From Candidatus Eiseniibacteriota bacterium (GTDB lineage: Bacteria; Eisenbacteria; RBG-16-71-46; CAIMUX01; VGJL01): 64,000 nt of DNA. The notes under the pieces are model-generated. The model had not been told where the DNA came from. It did no database searches and worked only from the letters and a program-made list of their open reading frames with translations. Made by a program: the position numbers and the translations under genes. Numbering within the stretch: the first letter of the stretch is position 1; each line of letters begins with the position of its first letter. Location: assembly GCA_041946735.1 (NCBI GenBank), contig JBHGAY010000018.1, positions 53,337 through 117,336 on the forward strand, read 5' to 3'. Below are positions 10,880-20,586 of the stretch, piece by piece.

Positions 10880-13246
10880 TTATAGCACGAGGGCGGAGAG
10901 GCGACAACCGCCCCGCCCGAAGAGGAGCCTTCCCCCTTCCCAGCGGAGTCGCAGCGCCCCGTCGCGATCGGTGCGCGCGAGCGGGATTCCACGAGTCGCG
11001 CAGCGGGCTCGCATCGCCGGCGAAGGGTGTCCGTAGCGGTTGTGGGCGCCGCACGAGACGAGGACCAGCCGGGGTTCCAGGCGGTCTAGCCAGGCCTCCC
11101 CGGTCGATCCGCCGCTCCCGTGATGGCCTGCCAGCAGGACGTCCACCGTTCCCGGATCGATGCGGGACAAAAGCGAGCGCTCGCCGGCGACCGGCAGGTC
11201 CCCAGCGATCGCAAGCGACCCGCCCGGCCCTTCGATCCGCAAGACCAGCGAGGATGCGTTGCCGTCGCGCGGCGGCTCTCCGCTCGCGGGAGCGAGCAGG
11301 CGGATCGCGAGCGGCCCGGCGCGCAACGACCAGGGAGCCGCGAGGGCGCGCACCGGCGGGGCGCGCGAGCGGGGTAGCCGAACCGTCCCGCGCGAGGAAG
11401 CCGAGACGTAGAGCGTGTCGATGCGGATCCCAGCGAGCAGAAGGCCGTGCAGTCCTCCTGCATGATCCTCGTCGGGATGGGTGAGGAGGACGCCGCGCAG
11501 GTGGCGCGCGCCGAGCGCACGCAGGGACGGAGCGAGGCGCCGGGCGCCAAGGTCCCCACGCGTTCCCCCCGGACCGGTGTCGATCAGCAGGTTCTCCCCC
11601 GCCGCCGTCCGCACGAGCGTCGCGTCTCCCTGCCCGACCGGCAGGATCCACGCTTCGGCGGCGGCGGGCGGCTGCAGCCGGCAGTTTCGCGTCGCGCAGA
11701 TCGCAGGCACCGACAGGATCGCGGCGGCGAGCCAGAGCCAGGGGGCGGCGCGCGCCACGTGCCCGCTCGCGCCCATCCGCTTCGCGCGCGACCGGGACGA
11801 TGCGGCGAGCAGCGCCAGGAAGACGAGCGTCGAAGCGATTCCTCTGCCCATCCCGCACGGCACCCAGAGCTGCGTCGCCTCTCCGGCCGGGACGAGCGCG
11901 GCGAGCGGCCGGATCCAGGCTTCGGTGAGAATGCGCGCCGGTCCCCAGGCGATCGCCTGCAGCCACGGCGTCTCGGGGTTCCCCCACGCCAGCCCCCAGA
12001 GGATCGAGACGAGCGCCGGAGCGAACGCCGGAACCCCGACCAGGTTCGCCACGACCGCGAACGGAGCGCACTGGCCGAAGAATCCTCCGAGGATGCCGGT
12101 CGTCGCGAGGACCGCGATCGCCGAGGTGGAGAGCGCCCCCCCGAGGGACGCGACGCGCGGCGAGAGGATCAGCGCCGCGGTGCCGGCGAAGGAGAGCAGC
12201 GCGCCGGCGCGCGCCAGCTCCCCGGGATGGACGAACGCGACGAGCAGCAGCGCGGCCCACCAGGCAGCCCCGGTCCTGCCGGGACGGCCGAGCGCGCGCG
12301 CCCCCGTGATCGCGAGCGCCATCACCACCGACCGCACGACCGAAGGGATCGGCCCGACGAGCGCCGCGTAGGCGAAGAGCGTCGCGGCGATCGCCATCCA
12401 ACGCAGCGCCGGACGATGCAGCACGAGGCGGAGCAACGCTTCGAGGAGGACGGCGACGAGCGAAACGTGCAGCCCGGAGATCGCGATCAAGTGCATCGTG
12501 CCGGTCGCGCGGAAGATCCTCTCGAGCCGGAGCGGGATCTCCGCGTCCTCCCCCCAGACGAGGATCGGAACGAAGGCGCGCGTGTCGGCGGGGAGCGACG
12601 AGCCGATCCGCGACGCGAGGCGGTGCCGCCCCGCCCTGCGCACGATCCCCTCCCAGCCAGCCTTGGCTGCGCTGTCGGACCACGCGGCCGAGAGCCGGAT
12701 CGTTCCGCGAAGCCGGTCCCACCGCGCGCCGCGCGACGGGTCGGCCAGCCCCGGCATCCCGTACGGAACGAGCGGATCGAGGTACGCCTCTCCCAGGAAG
12801 GTCGCCTCTCCTCCCATCGATCCCCCGAGCAGGCGGAACCTCCCGGGGATCGGCAGCCATCGACCATCGCGCGCCATTGCGACGTCGCGCGCCTCCATCC
12901 CGGAGGAGCCGGCGACGACGCGCCCGTGCAGGACGAGCGGCGGCAGTCCATGCGGAAGCGGGGCGGGACGGGGAAGCGTCGCGCCCACCCCGAACGCCAG
13001 CGCCGCGCAGGCGAGCAGGATCAGCGCGTCGCACCGCCGCCGGTGTCGCCGCAGCGACGCCGCGGCCGCCGCGAACGCGACGGCCCCGACGGCGCCACAT
13101 GCGGCGAAGGGAGCGACCGGCCGCGTTTCGAGCGCGAGCAGGAAGGCGGGGACGGCCGCGACCGCGAGCGATGCCAATGCCGGCGCCGGAGGCCCGGACG
13201 AAGCCGCTCCGAATCGCTGCCTCGGGTCGATGCGCTCCGCAACCAT
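10880..13246 (-). CDS. comEC: ComEC/Rec2 DNA uptake protein with metallo-beta-lactamase domain
   Basis: GTMHLIAISGLHV, PSVVRS, VGQGDA, LTHPDEDHAGG, HHGS, NRYGHPS. Confidence 0.93.
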   Translation of the reverse strand: MVAERIDPRQRFGAASSGPPAPALASLAVAAVPAFLLALETRPVAPFAACGAVGAVAFAAAAASLRRHRRRCDALILLACAALAFGVGATLPRPAPLPHGLPPLVLHGRVVAGSSGMEARDVAMARDGRWLPIPGRFRLLGGSMGGEATFLGEAYLDPLVPYGMPGLADPSRGARWDRLRGTIRLSAAWSDSAAKAGWEGIVRRAGRHRLASRIGSSLPADTRAFVPILVWGEDAEIPLRLERIFRATGTMHLIAISGLHVSLVAVLLEALLRLVLHRPALRWMAIAATLFAYAALVGPIPSVVRSVVMALAITGARALGRPGRTGAAWWAALLLVAFVHPGELARAGALLSFAGTAALILSPRVASLGGALSTSAIAVLATTGILGGFFGQCAPFAVVANLVGVPAFAPALVSILWGLAWGNPETPWLQAIAWGPARILTEAWIRPLAALVPAGEATQLWVPCGMGRGIASTLVFLALLAASSRSRAKRMGASGHVARAAPWLWLAAAILSVPAICATRNCRLQPPAAAEAWILPVGQGDATLVRTAAGENLLIDTGPGGTRGDLGARRLAPSLRALGARHLRGVLLTHPDEDHAGGLHGLLLAGIRIDTLYVSASSRGTVRLPRSRAPPVRALAAPWSLRAGPLAIRLLAPASGEPPRDGNASSLVLRIEGPGGSLAIAGDLPVAGERSLLSRIDPGTVDVLLAGHHGSGGSTGEAWLDRLEPRLVLVSCGAHNRYGHPSPAMRARCATRGIPLARTDRDGALRLRWEGGRLLFGRGGCRLSALVL

Positions 13247-13387
13247 GCCCGCCAGACCGAGCAGCCGCGATGCCAGGAGGCGGGCACGAAACGCGCGGCG
13301 CCCCGGAGGTCATCCCCGGGGCGCCGCACGAACGAAACGATCGAGACGAGCGCGACGAGCGAGACGAGCGCGCGCCTCGTCCGCGCG

Positions 13388-15193
13388 CTACTCGACGAGC
13401 AGCATCTTCCGGACCGCCTTCTCCCCCTCCATCTGGAGCGAGTAGAAGTAGACGCCGGTCGCAACCGAGCGCCCGCTCTCGTCCGTTCCGCGCCAGTAGA
13501 CCTGATGCTCGCCGGCGCTCATCGTCCCGTCGAGGATCGTGTCGATATGGCGGCCGGAGGCGTCGACGATGTCGAGCCGGACCGGACCCGAGTGATCGAG
13601 GGCGAAGGAGATCTTCGTCTTCGGATTGAACGGGTTCGGGCTGTTCTGGTCGAGGCGCAGGATGCGGCCGGCCGGAATGTCTGCCACGTCGGTGGGCACC
13701 TGGCTCGTATAGGCGCTGAACACGAAGTCCTTGCCGCTCGAGCCGCAGGCGCGCTTCATCGGAGTCGCCATGAAGAGGTACTCCGTCTCATCGAATCGCA
13801 GCATCTCGAAGACCGCCGTGCCGTCGACCGCGCTGACCGGAACCGTCCACTCCTCCCAGACCTGCTGGCCGGCGAGCTTGCGGACGAAGCCGATCGAGTT
13901 GCCGTAATCGCAGGAGTTCAGAGCCTGGAACTCGATACGGATCTTGTTGTCCGCAGAGCCGACGTGCGGGCGGAACCTGTTGTAGTTCGTGCCGAGCCCT
14001 TGCGGCATCCAGGTCACGGTGGGATGGAGGTTGACCGCCGGGTAGTTGGTGACGTCATTGTCCGGAACGACATAGCGGTTGTACTGGCCGCCCTCGGCAT
14101 AGTGCTGCCCATCGTTGCGCGTGCCTGTGAAGATGTTCCACCGCGACCAGTCCGCCATCGCGCTGTCGAAGTTCAACCCGTGCGGGGCGAAGGCGTCGTC
14201 GAGGCAATCGTAGATGTTGCCGTATCCGAGGCAGAGCCAGATGTCGCGCACCATCGCATGGCTGCCCCAGTTGTCCTTCATGTAGGTCGGCCAGATGAAC
14301 GTGGCGTACTCGAAGCAGCCGTCGAACGTCCTCAGCCCCTTCCAGGGGGAGCCGAAGTAGCAGCTGAGATAGTTGTAGTTGTCGTTGATCTCGTCGTAGA
14401 CCTCGTCCTCGCAGAACGTCGCGGTCTGCTCCATCCACCAGTTGCCGCCGTTGACGTTGATCCCCATCTGCACCACGTGGTTGTACTCGTGGGCGACGGT
14501 CACCTTCATCGGCAGCGTCCGGTCCGTGTACCCGAAGCCGGTGTAGTCGTTGTCGATGTGGAAGTAGGCGGTGTAGTCGTAGGGATATCCGCCCGGAACC
14601 TGGCTCTCGGAATAGGTCACTCCATACACGCCGGAGAGGTTCAACACGTAGACGTCGATCAAGCCGGAGCCGCCGCCCATGCCGCCGTCCGACGGCGGGG
14701 CCGGCCAGCCCTGCTGCGTGTGATAGAAGTTCCAGCAGGTCTCGACCGACGTGCAGACAGCGTCGCGATACGCCGTGTTCGGCCACTGGTAGATCACGTT
14801 GGCGCCCGACGTCGCGTAATGGACGCGGAAGTGCGCCGTGTCGATGTAGGAGTCGAGGTTCGGCCGCGCCATCATCGCCTCGGCTTCCATCCGGATCCCT
14901 TCGGGGAGCGAGTCCAGGTTCTCGCGGATCTCCTGGGCGATCGCCGTTCCGCACTTCACCGGGATCCCCTCGCCTTGATCGAAGCGCGCCGGCAGCAACG
15001 GCGAATGGTGGATCGCGTACAGCTCGTACAAGGCCGCTTCGCCCTGGGAGATCTCTCCCGACTCGAACGCCTGCTGGATCGACGTCAAGGTCGGGCTAGA
15101 AAGCTCCGACTCCTCCGGAAATGCGGAGGCGGTCGCCGGCGCGAGGAGCGCCGCCGCGGCGGCCAGACAGAACACCACCCGAAGAGATTTCAT
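13388..15193 (-). CDS. Secreted zinc metalloprotease (MXAN_6640-like) with C-terminal FlgD-Ig/T9SS-like domain
   Basis: Signal peptide MKSLRVVFCLAAAAALLAPATASA; VTVAHEYNHVVQ (HExxH) plus WWMEQTA; CTD QNSPNPFNPKT...WRGTDESG...GVYFY; SD GGGGAGG. Confidence 0.82.
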   Translation of the reverse strand: MKSLRVVFCLAAAAALLAPATASAFPEESELSSPTLTSIQQAFESGEISQGEAALYELYAIHHSPLLPARFDQGEGIPVKCGTAIAQEIRENLDSLPEGIRMEAEAMMARPNLDSYIDTAHFRVHYATSGANVIYQWPNTAYRDAVCTSVETCWNFYHTQQGWPAPPSDGGMGGGSGLIDVYVLNLSGVYGVTYSESQVPGGYPYDYTAYFHIDNDYTGFGYTDRTLPMKVTVAHEYNHVVQMGINVNGGNWWMEQTATFCEDEVYDEINDNYNYLSCYFGSPWKGLRTFDGCFEYATFIWPTYMKDNWGSHAMVRDIWLCLGYGNIYDCLDDAFAPHGLNFDSAMADWSRWNIFTGTRNDGQHYAEGGQYNRYVVPDNDVTNYPAVNLHPTVTWMPQGLGTNYNRFRPHVGSADNKIRIEFQALNSCDYGNSIGFVRKLAGQQVWEEWTVPVSAVDGTAVFEMLRFDETEYLFMATPMKRACGSSGKDFVFSAYTSQVPTDVADIPAGRILRLDQNSPNPFNPKTKISFALDHSGPVRLDIVDASGRHIDTILDGTMSAGEHQVYWRGTDESGRSVATGVYFYSLQMEGEKAVRKMLLVE

Positions 15194-15279
15194 TCTGGAG
15201 ACCTCCCCTTCTCGGGATCGTGATGCCATCACGCGGATGCTCCCTCGATGCAGGACCGTGGGGGCGTAATGCTCCAATA

Positions 15280-15308
15280 ACTATAAGCCAGAGTCGGACT
15301 TGGGTCAA
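15280..15308 (-). promoter_or_regulatory. Sigma70-type promoter for the metalloprotease
   Basis: TTGACC-N17-TATAGT. Confidence 0.75.
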
Positions 15309-15453
15309 GGAGCCGAACGGACGGTCCGAGGTTGGGCGAGCCCAAGTGCCGTAGCGGCGGGGCGATGCGCGTGGGCGCGGGAGCGCCGTCGAGGGGCTGG
15401 GAGGCCGGCCGCGGCATTCTCCGCGGCCGGTCCTGCCATGAGGCGGGGCGGGA

Positions 15454-17937
15454 TCAGCGCCGGGTTCGGAGCGACAACTCGGAGACCGCGGTCAGCGTGT
15501 ACAGCTCCGAGCAGGCAATGTCCCCCGAAGGCCCCTGGACGGTGAAGTAGTAGAGGACCGGTCGATACAGCGGGACCGACCGGGGATCGACGATTCCGAC
15601 ATAGGTCCCCGCCACCGGATCGACCGGCGAGAGCGGGAGGTCACGCACTCCGGCATCGAGCAATGGCAGGTGCAGGCGCGGGTCGCGCGCCGGCATTCCT
15701 TCCGGCATCGCGATCGAGGCGGTCAACAGGATCGGTCCTCGCACGAGGACCTTGCCCGGCTCCTGATGGTCGATCACCGGCCAGGCTTCCATCCCGAACC
15801 GCGGGGACAGCACCCGGCTGGCTCCCGCCGGCATCTCCACCACCTGCGTCCAGATCCTCCCCTGCTCGCCGGAGACTCGCACACCGTGAAGGCCCGGATC
15901 GACGTCCGCCTCCCACGGCGTGAATCCGGCCAGCCGGCGATCGATCAGCACGCTATCGCCGTCGGAGGAGACGATCCCTTCCCCTTCCCGGTACGACCAC
16001 GACTCGACGCGCAGATGCGCGCGTCCGGAGGCGACCGCGTTGGCGATCCGCACCCGCGTGGTCTCCCCGCAGCGAACGAGCACCTGACGCTGCCAGAGAG
16101 GCACGCGATCGTCTTCGTAGAAGATCTCCTGCCAGCCGACCTTGACGCTGTCGAAGCGGCAGGGCGCGGCCATTCGCGCCGCCCCACCGCGCAGCCAGAC
16201 GGTTCCGGAAGGACGAGGGTCCGCCACCTCGATCTCGATCGCTCCGGTCGCGACCGGTCGCAGCTCCACCGTCTGCCCCTTCCGAACGTTCACCGGCATC
16301 TCCAGCGAGCCGAACCATCCGAGGTCGAGACGGACGAGGTGCGATCCGCCGGAAACGCCCGTGAGCGTCGCCGGAGAGGAGCTTCCCTGGTCGACCCCGT
16401 CGAGGAAGATCGCGCGCGCAGGAGGATCGCTCACGATGCGGACGACTCCGGCCCTGCCGCCCGAACCGGGCCGCAGCGCCTGCATCCCGCGAGGCACCGC
16501 TACCAGCGCTGCGAGGACCGCGACGACGATCCCGAAGGCGATGGTCCACGACCGGGACGGCCGCCAAGGGGACGGGGAACCTCCTCGCGGGGTCTCAGCG
16601 CGAGGGGGCGCCGGGGGGCCGCCGGACGGCGGAACGGACGGCGGAACGGAGGTCGGGCCTGAGGTCGGAACTGAGGTCGGAACGGCGTCGAGCCGCGGCG
16701 GAACCTCCGTCGATGCGGCCGGAGCCACGGGCGACACGACGGCGTCATGCACGGCGACAGCGGCGACCGACTCGCGAGCCCGCTCCGGTCCGCTCCACGC
16801 GGCCACCGCCTCCGCCACCGCCTCCGCGACCGCTGCCGTCTCCGTCTCCGGCTGCTGCTCCGGCACCTGCCCGGGCTCCGGGAGAGCCTCCGACGGCTGC
16901 CCCGGCTCCAGTCCCGTCAGGGCCTCGGACCGCCACACGAGTTCCGGCTCCGGCACGGGCTCGGCCTCCGGCATGGGCTCCGGCGCTGACACTGGCCCCG
17001 GCGCCGCCTGTGGCCGTGGATCCCGCGCGGGCTCCGGCTCCCGCTTCGGCTCCGTCTGCCGCACGCGCAGGTCCGGCACGTTCTCCAGGAACGAAGGAAG
17101 CTTCACCTCGTCCGCCGGTCCTCTCCATGACGAGCCCGCCGGAGCTGCGTTGAAACCGGAAGGTTCGCGCTCGGCGTTCGCAAAGGGCGGCCGTACCGCC
17201 TGCAGCTCGCTGCCGAGGTCCTCGAGCGGATTGTGCAGGCGGTCCGACGCCGCCGGCGCGCCGATCGGAACGAAGCGCAGGGCGGCCGCACCGGCGCCCG
17301 GCTCCTGCATCCCGAAGAGGTTCACGAGGCCGTCGCAGGCGCGCTTGAGATCCTGCGTCTCGTCGAAGACGCGCGAAACGGCCCGGCGGTCCGGGGCGGA
17401 TCCGGTGTCGGCGGCGAGAAGCAGCAGGATGTCCTTCGGCCGGATCTCGACGGAGCTCAACGCGAGGGCGAGCTTCTGCTCGCTTCCGAGAGCGGCGGCC
17501 GGCGCGTCCTCCGCCGCTCGATCGCCCAGGCAGGCAAGCGTCGCCGATCCATCGCGCAACAGGAAGACCCAGCATCGCGTCGCCTTAAGGAAGAAGACAC
17601 GCTGCTCCTCCACCACCGCGATCGCGAGACGGACGGTACGCGGATCGCGGACCGCCGAGCGATTCTCGCGGAACAGCCGCCCGTGCACCTGGCGCATCCG
17701 ATCGAGAAGCGTCGCGACGCGCGGCGGAAGGCCCGGAGGCGCAGGAGCCTCGCCGGGGCGATCCAACTCCGCGAGACGGGGCTGGACGAAACGGGCGAAG
17801 GTGTCGCGCGGGCGCGACCAGGCGACGCAAGCGACCACCTGCTCCGGATCGGCCCAGGAGAGGAACTCCCCTCCCTCGCTCTCCGAGGTCGCGATCTCGA
17901 TCCGCATCGGGGTCCCGAGGTTGTCTTCGTGCATCAT
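15454..17937 (-). CDS. Single-pass membrane protein: degenerate PP2C-like N-terminal domain, Pro/Glu-rich linker, TM helix, extracytoplasmic PEGA-like repeats
   Basis: SDPPARAIFLDG...SPATL...GSHLVRL and IDRRLAGFTPWE...GLHGVRV PEGA-like units; TM WTIAFGIVVAVLAALVAV; ATGA overlap with upstream gene. Confidence 0.7.
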   Translation of the reverse strand: MMHEDNLGTPMRIEIATSESEGGEFLSWADPEQVVACVAWSRPRDTFARFVQPRLAELDRPGEAPAPPGLPPRVATLLDRMRQVHGRLFRENRSAVRDPRTVRLAIAVVEEQRVFFLKATRCWVFLLRDGSATLACLGDRAAEDAPAAALGSEQKLALALSSVEIRPKDILLLLAADTGSAPDRRAVSRVFDETQDLKRACDGLVNLFGMQEPGAGAAALRFVPIGAPAASDRLHNPLEDLGSELQAVRPPFANAEREPSGFNAAPAGSSWRGPADEVKLPSFLENVPDLRVRQTEPKREPEPARDPRPQAAPGPVSAPEPMPEAEPVPEPELVWRSEALTGLEPGQPSEALPEPGQVPEQQPETETAAVAEAVAEAVAAWSGPERARESVAAVAVHDAVVSPVAPAASTEVPPRLDAVPTSVPTSGPTSVPPSVPPSGGPPAPPRAETPRGGSPSPWRPSRSWTIAFGIVVAVLAALVAVPRGMQALRPGSGGRAGVVRIVSDPPARAIFLDGVDQGSSSPATLTGVSGGSHLVRLDLGWFGSLEMPVNVRKGQTVELRPVATGAIEIEVADPRPSGTVWLRGGAARMAAPCRFDSVKVGWQEIFYEDDRVPLWQRQVLVRCGETTRVRIANAVASGRAHLRVESWSYREGEGIVSSDGDSVLIDRRLAGFTPWEADVDPGLHGVRVSGEQGRIWTQVVEMPAGASRVLSPRFGMEAWPVIDHQEPGKVLVRGPILLTASIAMPEGMPARDPRLHLPLLDAGVRDLPLSPVDPVAGTYVGIVDPRSVPLYRPVLYYFTVQGPSGDIACSELYTLTAVSELSLRTRR

Positions 17938-19037
17938 CCCTCCGACGGGGCGGGGCCGCCCCGAACGAATCGTCTCGTCCAAATCCCTGCATGCTGGACG
18001 CGGGTCGCGAGCCCCGGATCGCTCGCGCGGCCGTCGTCTCCGTTGCCGCCCGGACCGCTCTCGCGGCCGTCACGGCGCCGCGGTGGCCGCCGGCGGCCGA
18101 GCCTCAGCAGCTCGCGCAGCGCGCGCGGCGAACCGACCGCGCCGGCGATCTCTCGCGTCGCTTCGCGAACGAACCCTTCCCGCAGGTACTCGAGGCCGAG
18201 CGCGACGCGGAGCCGCACGGAACGAGGCGCGCCGGAGAGTCCGGAGGCGATGCGCCTCAAGGCCGCTTCCTCGTCGCCGTCGAACGGCGCGAGGCGCACC
18301 ATCCGCGACGCGAGCCGACTCGCGTCGGGATCGAGACGGAACGCCTCTTCCCAGGCGGCGCGCGCGCGGTCCGCGAATCCCGCCTTCAGCGCCACGCGCG
18401 CGATGCGGGCGTAGCCGGCGGCGTGGAGCGGATTCCAGAATGGCCCGGCGGCGAGCCGCGCGAGATGCGCCGGATCGAGCAGCGGGTGGGCCGCGTGGAG
18501 CCGGTGCGCTTCACGCTCGGCCGACGCACGATCGCCGCGCGCGCTCGCGCAGGCGTAGCGGAGCATCGCGCGGAACAGATGGCCTCGCGGCCCGGCGGCG
18601 GGGGCTTCGAGCAGCTCCGCGAGATGCGCGCCATCCCGGCGCCGGAGAGCCGCCCACGCAACCGCGTAGCGGCGGTAGCGGTCGGGCAGCGGGGTGACCG
18701 ACGCGGTGGGGTCCCAGCCGTCGAGGACGAGCGAAGGCTCCTCCCCCAATCCTTCCACGCGCGCGTGGAGAAGCAGCAGCCGCGCCCGCGCGCCTTCGGG
18801 GTCTCCGCGAACCGCCCTCTCGAACGCCTCGGCCGCCTGCGACCATCGACCACGAAGCGCGAGAAGGATGCCGAGCGGCACGGGAGCCGCGCCCGCGGAC
18901 GGTCCCGCGCGCGCGATCCTGCGCCGTAGCCGCGCCTCCTCTTCCCGCGCGAGGCTTCGCAGAGATGGCGGCATCCCCTGCGGATCGCGGTCGGTCCTGC
19001 TGCGAGCGGCGGCCCCTTGCTCCTCGGTCGGCCTCAT
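17934..19037 (-). CDS. Tetratricopeptide-repeat protein
   Basis: LGILLALRGRWSQAAEAFERAVRGDP, ARAAWEEAFRLDP, LGLEYLREG; SD AGGAGGGG before ATG 19037. Confidence 0.7.
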   Translation of the reverse strand: MRPTEEQGAAARSRTDRDPQGMPPSLRSLAREEEARLRRRIARAGPSAGAAPVPLGILLALRGRWSQAAEAFERAVRGDPEGARARLLLLHARVEGLGEEPSLVLDGWDPTASVTPLPDRYRRYAVAWAALRRRDGAHLAELLEAPAAGPRGHLFRAMLRYACASARGDRASAEREAHRLHAAHPLLDPAHLARLAAGPFWNPLHAAGYARIARVALKAGFADRARAAWEEAFRLDPDASRLASRMVRLAPFDGDEEAALRRIASGLSGAPRSVRLRVALGLEYLREGFVREATREIAGAVGSPRALRELLRLGRRRPPRRRDGRESGPGGNGDDGRASDPGLATRVQHAGIWTRRFVRGGPAPSEG

Positions 19038-19068
19038 CTTCCCCTCCTGGGAACGGGGGCTTGCACGG

Positions 19069-19083
19069 GCAAGGGGAATGCCA
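19069..19083 (-). promoter_or_regulatory. Sigma54 (-24/-12) promoter for the TPR-PEGA gene pair
   Basis: TGGCATTCCCCTTGC with exact GG-N10-GC spacing, about 30 nt before the ATG. Confidence 0.65.
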
Positions 19084-19215
19084 TCCTGGGGAACAACCCA
19101 CAGCCAGCCGCAGATCGTTGAGCCGGAATCGATTGCCGGCGCACGGGCGGTCCAGGGCGACGCGCTCGGGTGATCCTTCTCGGCAGGAAATGGTCCAGAG
19201 GGCACGCGACCGGCT

Positions 19216-19250
19216 AGAAAGAGGCCGCCCCGCCGCGAAGGCGACGGGGC
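19216..19250 (-). terminator. Probable intrinsic terminator after the porV-like gene
   Basis: GCCCCGTCGC-CTTC-GCGGCGGGGC hairpin followed by GGCCTCTTTCT. Confidence 0.5.
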
Positions 19251-19337
19251 GATGGAAGCGCTCACCGGTCGAGACGCGGGGGGATCGTGGGGCCCCGCGA
19301 TCGAACCGCGGCATCGAGCCGCGGCAAGCCGCGCGTC

Positions 19338-20390
19338 CTAGAAGCGGAGCGACGCCGAGATGCGGTGCGTGTCCCCGAGATCGTCGTGCGGAAGGAAGGC
19401 GTAATCGGCGCCGAAGCCGCGGTAGCGGATTCCGCCTCCCGCCGTCCAGTCCCCCGCCGTCGTCCCGACGCGCGCCGCGACCGCCCGCGAGAACCAGTAC
19501 TCGACTCCGCCCTGGAAGTCGCCCGCCACCGTTCCGCCGCCGAACTGGCTCGCCGTTTCGCGTCCCTCGAACGTGAACGCGAAGTCCCCGGCCACCGTGA
19601 CCTCTCCGCGAAGCCCAGCCAGCTCCCGCGTCCACTGCGCGCCGAGCGCCATCGAGGGATTGATCACCTCGCGCGTCCCCGTGTCCCAGGAGATCCGCGT
19701 CGTCGTAACGTCGGCCAGTCGCGCGCCGATCGTCAGATCGCGCCGCACGGAGTAGAGCGCTCCCAGGTCGACCCCCATGCCGAAGCTCGTGTTGTGGAGC
19801 AGACCCTGGCGCACCACCTTCAAGTTGCCGCCGAGCTGCAGCCGGTCGCTGGCGCTACGGGCGTAGGTGAACAGGACTCCCCACTCCGTGTCGCTCGCCT
19901 TGCGGAAGTCGTCCGGATCGAACTCGCCGGGGTCCGGCTTTCCGTTGCCGTTGCTGTCCGTCCAAGCGTCGCGCGTGATGGGGATGTCGTCGACTCCGTA
20001 GCGGATGACAGCGAGTCCGACCGAGGTGCCGGTCGTCCCGGGCAGCGGCTGCACGTATCCGAAGAAGTCATGGTTGGCCAGCTGCCCGAACTGCTCCGCA
20101 TGCATGAAGAGGACTTCGGGGCGCTCCATCTGGGCGAGCCCCGCAGGATTCCAGTAGGCGGCGGAGGCGTCGTTCGCGAGAGCGGTGAATGCGCCGCCCA
20201 TCCCGAGAGCGCGGGCGCCGACTCCGATTCGGAGGAACTCGCCGGCGTACTTGTCGGCGATTGCGTCGCCGGGGGAGAGCGCGAGGCCAAGGCCCAGGCA
20301 GAGGCAGGCGCCCAGGCAAAGGCACAGGCAGGCGCGGGGAGCGATTGCGGCGGCGGGAACGAGAAGGCGGGCGAGCGCGTGTGACCTCAC
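19338..20390 (-). CDS. PorV/PorQ-family outer-membrane beta-barrel (T9SS shuttle-like)
   Basis: FLRIGVGARALGMGGAFTALANDASAAYWNPAGLA signature; alternating beta strands; C-terminal Phe. Confidence 0.85.
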   Translation of the reverse strand: MRSHALARLLVPAAAIAPRACLCLCLGACLCLGLGLALSPGDAIADKYAGEFLRIGVGARALGMGGAFTALANDASAAYWNPAGLAQMERPEVLFMHAEQFGQLANHDFFGYVQPLPGTTGTSVGLAVIRYGVDDIPITRDAWTDSNGNGKPDPGEFDPDDFRKASDTEWGVLFTYARSASDRLQLGGNLKVVRQGLLHNTSFGMGVDLGALYSVRRDLTIGARLADVTTTRISWDTGTREVINPSMALGAQWTRELAGLRGEVTVAGDFAFTFEGRETASQFGGGTVAGDFQGGVEYWFSRAVAARVGTTAGDWTAGGGIRYRGFGADYAFLPHDDLGDTHRISASLRF

Positions 20391-20432
20391 GAGAACCTCC
20401 CGGCTATCCGCGAGAGCGGGAGCCGAAGAGAC

Positions 20433-20460
20433 AGTATCGGAGCCTCTCGAAAGGGGTCAA
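20433..20460 (-). promoter_or_regulatory. Possible sigma70 promoter for the porV-like gene
   Basis: TTGACC-N16-GATACT. Confidence 0.5.
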
Positions 20461-20586
20461 TTCCGGAAAGGCCGCGACGGGGTTCGAGCCCGCTTCTTCC
20501 GCTCCGCGGTTTCGCCGCTCCGCCGCGTCCCGGCTTCGCCACTCCCCCGTCGTGCCTTCGCGCCGCCGCGGCGCCGCGGCAAGCCT

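Noticed and set aside
6735..13246. comEC next to purine genes as a DNA-for-nutrition system
   Set aside because: purC/purH/guaA are de novo biosynthesis genes and purC may have its own promoter; adjacency alone is not evidence
8373..13313. Apparent 1646-aa PurH fusion in the ORF track
   Set aside because: The upstream part overlaps purC and comEC in another frame; the real purH starts at 9932
11447..15223. Very long antisense or alternative-frame ORFs (e.g. 11447-15223+, 23652-27473-, 37542-41519+, 7539-10019+)
   Set aside because: They overlap well-supported genes and give Arg/Ala/Pro-rich translations without motifs; expected from stop-codon scarcity at high GC
20468..20560. Functional tRNA gene
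   Set aside because: No paired acceptor stem, no canonical anticodon loop, no CCA; kept only as a low-interest finding
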